Source of the DNA: Stegostoma tigrinum | Taxonomy: Eukaryota | DNA length: 64,000 nt | Assembly: GCF_030684315.1 (NCBI RefSeq) | Contig: NC_081394.1 | Location: 1,674,001-1,738,000 of the forward strand | Direction: 5' to 3' | Part shown: positions 61,401-64,000 of the stretch, one piece after another | How positions within the stretch are numbered: position 1 is the stretch's first letter | Layout of the letters: each line of letters starts with the position of its first letter | Position numbers and translations under genes: made by a program | The notes under the pieces: generated by a model | The model's database searches: none | Told to the model about the DNA's origin: nothing | What the model saw: the letters and a program-made list of their open reading frames with translations, nothing else

Positions 61401-63575
61401 TCTGTTATCTCTCTCTATCTCTCACACACGTGCTGTCTCTCATATACACACATAATTTCTCTCNNNNNNNNNNNNNNNNNNNNNNNNNNNNNNNNNNNNN
61501 NNNNNNNNNNNNNNNNNNNNNNNNNNNNNNNNNNNNNNNNNNNNNNNNNNNNNNNNNNNNNNNNNNNNNNNNNNNNNNNNNNNNNNNNNNNNNNNNNNNN
61601 NNNNNNNNNNNNNNNNNNNNNNNNNNNNNNNNNNNNNNNNNNNNNNNNNNNNNNNNNNNNNNNNNNNNNNNCACATGCACATACTTATACACACAGACTC
61701 TCACACACACACTTACACATTTACTCAAGCACACATTTACTCACCCACACTTTTACACACACTGACACACACAATCACATACTCACACGCACACACCTTC
61801 AGTGGTCGTGTCCAAAAAGGAATTTGGCGATTAACTGAAGAAAAAAGATGGGTTGGGTAGCTATGGGTAGAAGTCAGGATCCTGCGAAGGCCGGGTTGCC
61901 TGAGCAGAGAGCCAGCATGGATTAGATGGGTCAACTGCCTCCTCCTGTGGTCTTACGAGTTTGTACGAATGGAAAGAAGCCAGAAGGCGTGGTGCTGCAG
62001 CGATTCCCGACCTGACCAGTTCCCCTTTGCCTGCCTATAGATCTCGCCAAGAACGTTACTGTGTTGGTCTTCCCACATGCGGAGCCCATCGAGGAAGGCA
62101 GCGCTGTCGCGCTGTTCTGTGACACTTCAAGTAGTGAGCCGGGGGTCAGCGCCTACAGCTGGTACAAAGACGGCCAGGCCTTGGCCCCCGGGAAGATCCT
62201 GCGGTTTGACAGTGTGCGGACCCAGGACGGGGGCATGTACTACTGCTCAGCCAGGAATGAACTGGGACAAGTGGCCTCCCACAACATCTCGCTGATCGTG
62301 CTGCATAGGAACAGTGAGCCTGGGTGGGGAGGGGTGTGGGTGGTGGTGGGGGTGGGGTGGGAGTGCGAAGGGTCGGTGATGTGGGTGGGGGTGGGTGAGG
62401 GAAAATGTGTGGGATGATGGGTGGGTGAGGTGAGGTGGACTGGGTGGGGCAGGGGAAGTGAGAGGTGTGTGTGGGGTGGGGAAATGGGAGTGTGTGGGGT
62501 GGGGGAGTGAGGGGTGGGGGAGTGAGGGTGGTGTTTGGGGTGGTGGAATGAGAGGGTGGGGGAGTGAGGGTGGTGTATGGGGTGGGGAAATGAGGGGTGT
62601 GTGGGGTGGGGGAGTGAGGGGTGTGTGGGGTGGAGGAGTGAGGGGTGTGTGGAGTGGGGGGTGCGGGTGTGGGGTTGGTGAGGTGTGTGGTGGAGGGCGG
62701 TGGGGTTTGGTTTGGGCGGTGGGAGGTACTGGTTCCAGGCAAGAGACCTGGCAAGTCCTGTGGTGGGGTGGAGGGTTGGGCGGAGGGAGGGAGAAAAAGG
62801 CTTGCATTCATCTAACACCTCAGGGCTTTGAGCCACTTTGTCACCAGGAAAGGATATTATTCAGACCACAGCCACAGGGAGGGAATGGGAGGAAAATGGA
62901 GACCAATGGCTGCAGACAGACTGATACAAAGACAGACGCAGGAAGACAGACAGGGTCAGACAGATACACAGACACATAGGCATTACAGTGATGCATTGGC
63001 TATTGAACGGACCGAGCAAACCTCAGGCCGAGATGAATGATCAGGAACCACAATGTATGGATTACACTGGGCCCACTGGACAATTTAGATTCAGTTCATT
63101 AACATGAGCCTGGAATCCAGAGCTAATCTCAGCACACACAGCCACACAGCAACTGTTGTTTCAGTACCCATCGGGGAGTGGAAGAAATTTGCAGTCCCTA
63201 ACCAGGACTGGGCCGACATGCAACTCCAGACCCACAACAACGGTGCTAGATTCCAAACTTAACGGGGGGCATTTAGGGACGGAGAAGACATGTAGACCTG
63301 ACCTGAGAGATACCCCTGTCCTGGGAATGAAGGAAGAGTCTGTGAGGTTGGCAATGAGCTCAATGAAGCCTGAAATCTGTTCAAACTTGGTGATAATATC
63401 CACCCAGCACAGTCCAACAACTTTCTGTTGTGTGTTAACCAAGTATGACACTACTCCTTAATCCAGGTTACCAGATTAACCACTGGAGGACTGCTGTTCT
63501 GTGGCTCATTGGGATCGTCAGCGTGTGTGTCTGTGCTGGGATCGCACTGTGCCTGATTATCCGCTATTACAGAAA
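56886..63575 (+). CDS. SIGLEC1: Gene B: sialoadhesin (SIGLEC1/CD169)-like Siglec with three Ig domains and a TM; 3' end outside the window; orthology unproven
   Basis: Exons 56886-56931, 58028-58396, 60941-61237, 62041-62313, 63467-63575 splice in frame. Motifs YFFRFEIREIGNWEDVRG, CSTPYNC, TEITLRVK, SSEPGVSAYSWYKDG, SHNISL parallel recalled mammalian SIGLEC1 d1-d3 (YNFRFEISEVNRWSDVKG, CSTPYVC, SEIHLQVK, SSYPAVSSIKWLKDG, SPPISL). Confidence 0.75.
56985..57710 (+). mobile_element. CR1/L2-group LINE 3' fragment with a SINE-shared tail
   Basis: LKKLDTIQDKAA, SF....SKTWNSLP; tail gggcaataaatgctgg. Confidence 0.8.
57718..57883. mobile_element. Short fold-back Penelope pLTR pair
   Basis: Inverted arms 57718-57768 and 57802-57852. 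Confidence 0.85.
58028..58396 (+). CDS. Gene B V-set Ig exon with essential Arg (CGT 58333-58335)
   Basis: SCVLIPC, GIWY, GRTEIIGD..NCTF, DQGKYFFR; 369 nt phase 1-1; donor GTATGT. Confidence 0.93.
58456..59350. repeat. (CA)-rich tract with N gaps 58535-58817, 58871-59062, 59135-59290 (another at 61464-61671)
   Basis: Direct inspection. Confidence 0.95.
60445..60880. repeat. Second 52-bp minisatellite array, about 8 units
   Basis: Same unit as 54490-55040. Confidence 0.95.
60941..61237 (+). CDS. Gene B C2-set Ig domain 2 exon
   Basis: PQKPTV...CSTPYNCPE...LRW...DHNLVLTC; 297 nt; acceptor ttttgtttcccccag, donor GTGAGC. Confidence 0.9.
62041..62313 (+). CDS. Gene B Ig domain 3 exon
   Basis: EGSAVALFC...YSWYKDG...DGGMYYCSARNELG; 273 nt; donor GTGAGC. 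Confidence 0.9.
62320..62790. repeat. G/T-rich low-complexity tract
   Basis: Repeated ggggtgtgtggggtgggg units. Confidence 0.85.
63467..63575 (+). CDS. Gene B transmembrane exon
   Basis: ccttaatccag acceptor; SYQINHWRTAVLWLIGIVSVCVCAGIALCLIIRYYRK; AA|GTGAGT; phase 1-2, the same as the gene A TM exon. Confidence 0.85.
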
Positions 63576-63744
63576 GTGAGTTACCGGTATCACAGCTCAG
63601 TCACTTGTTGCTACGAGAGTCTCAAGTGAGAAGAGAGAGTGAAACAGTGGCAGGGAGGGAGTCCCTTGGGCTCAGGACCCCAAGGGTGGGCCACCAGTGG
63701 CAGAGCGATGGGAATTGGGGAATGCTGGAGGAGCTGAGATTGGA

Positions 63745-64000
63745 CAAGGGGACAGAGATAGGGAGGGGGTGTAGGGGCTGGAGGGGGTTACAGAGATAGG
63801 GAGGGGGTGTAGGGGCTGGAGGGGGTTACAGAGACAGGGAGGGGGTGTAGGGGCTGGAGGAGGTTACAGAGATAGGGAGGGGGTGTAGGGGCCGGAGGGG
63901 GTTACAGAGACAGGGAGGGGGTGTAGGGGCTGGAGGAGGTTACAGAGATAGGGAGGGGGTGTAGGGGCTGGAGGGGGTTACAGAGATAGGGAGGGGGTGT
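63745..64000. repeat. 38-bp G-rich minisatellite running off the window
   Basis: cagagatagggagggggtgtaggggctggagggggtta. Confidence 0.95.

Noticed and set aside
62146-62979. Pro/His/Thr-rich and Gly/Trp-rich ORFs as a mucin-like stalk
   Set aside because: Intronic low-complexity G/T tract with no credible splice sites.

Overview
Vertebrate genomic DNA, most likely a shark or other elasmobranch (inferred from HE1/V-SINE-like SINEs, CR1 and Penelope families). The window is part of a Siglec (sialic-acid-binding Ig-like lectin) gene cluster set in very repeat-rich introns. (1) Gene A (+ strand, ATG 18888 to stop 47444) is a complete MAG/CD33-related-like inhibitory Siglec: leader, V-set, five C2-type Ig domains, TM, and a tail with three tyrosine motifs (VTYSQI, LVYANI, IEYAEI). 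All splice phases are compatible and the spliced ORF is 748 aa. Its V domain has Lys instead of the essential sialic-acid-binding Arg, and a second tandem V exon is frameshifted. (2) Gene B (+ strand, ATG 56886, runs off the window) closely resembles domains 1-3 of sialoadhesin/SIGLEC1 with the binding residues intact, but goes straight into a TM exon after only three Ig domains. (3) An inverted, decayed partial copy of gene A lies on the - strand at about 7726-11530. The rest is Penelope-like elements (Poseidon- and Neptune-type, with minimal hammerhead ribozyme motifs and fold-back insertions including a 564-bp-arm palindrome), CR1/RTE/Tx1 LINE fragments, SINEs, decayed Gypsy LTR elements, retroelement-derived minisatellites and four N gaps. 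Family assignments come from remembered motifs, not database searches.
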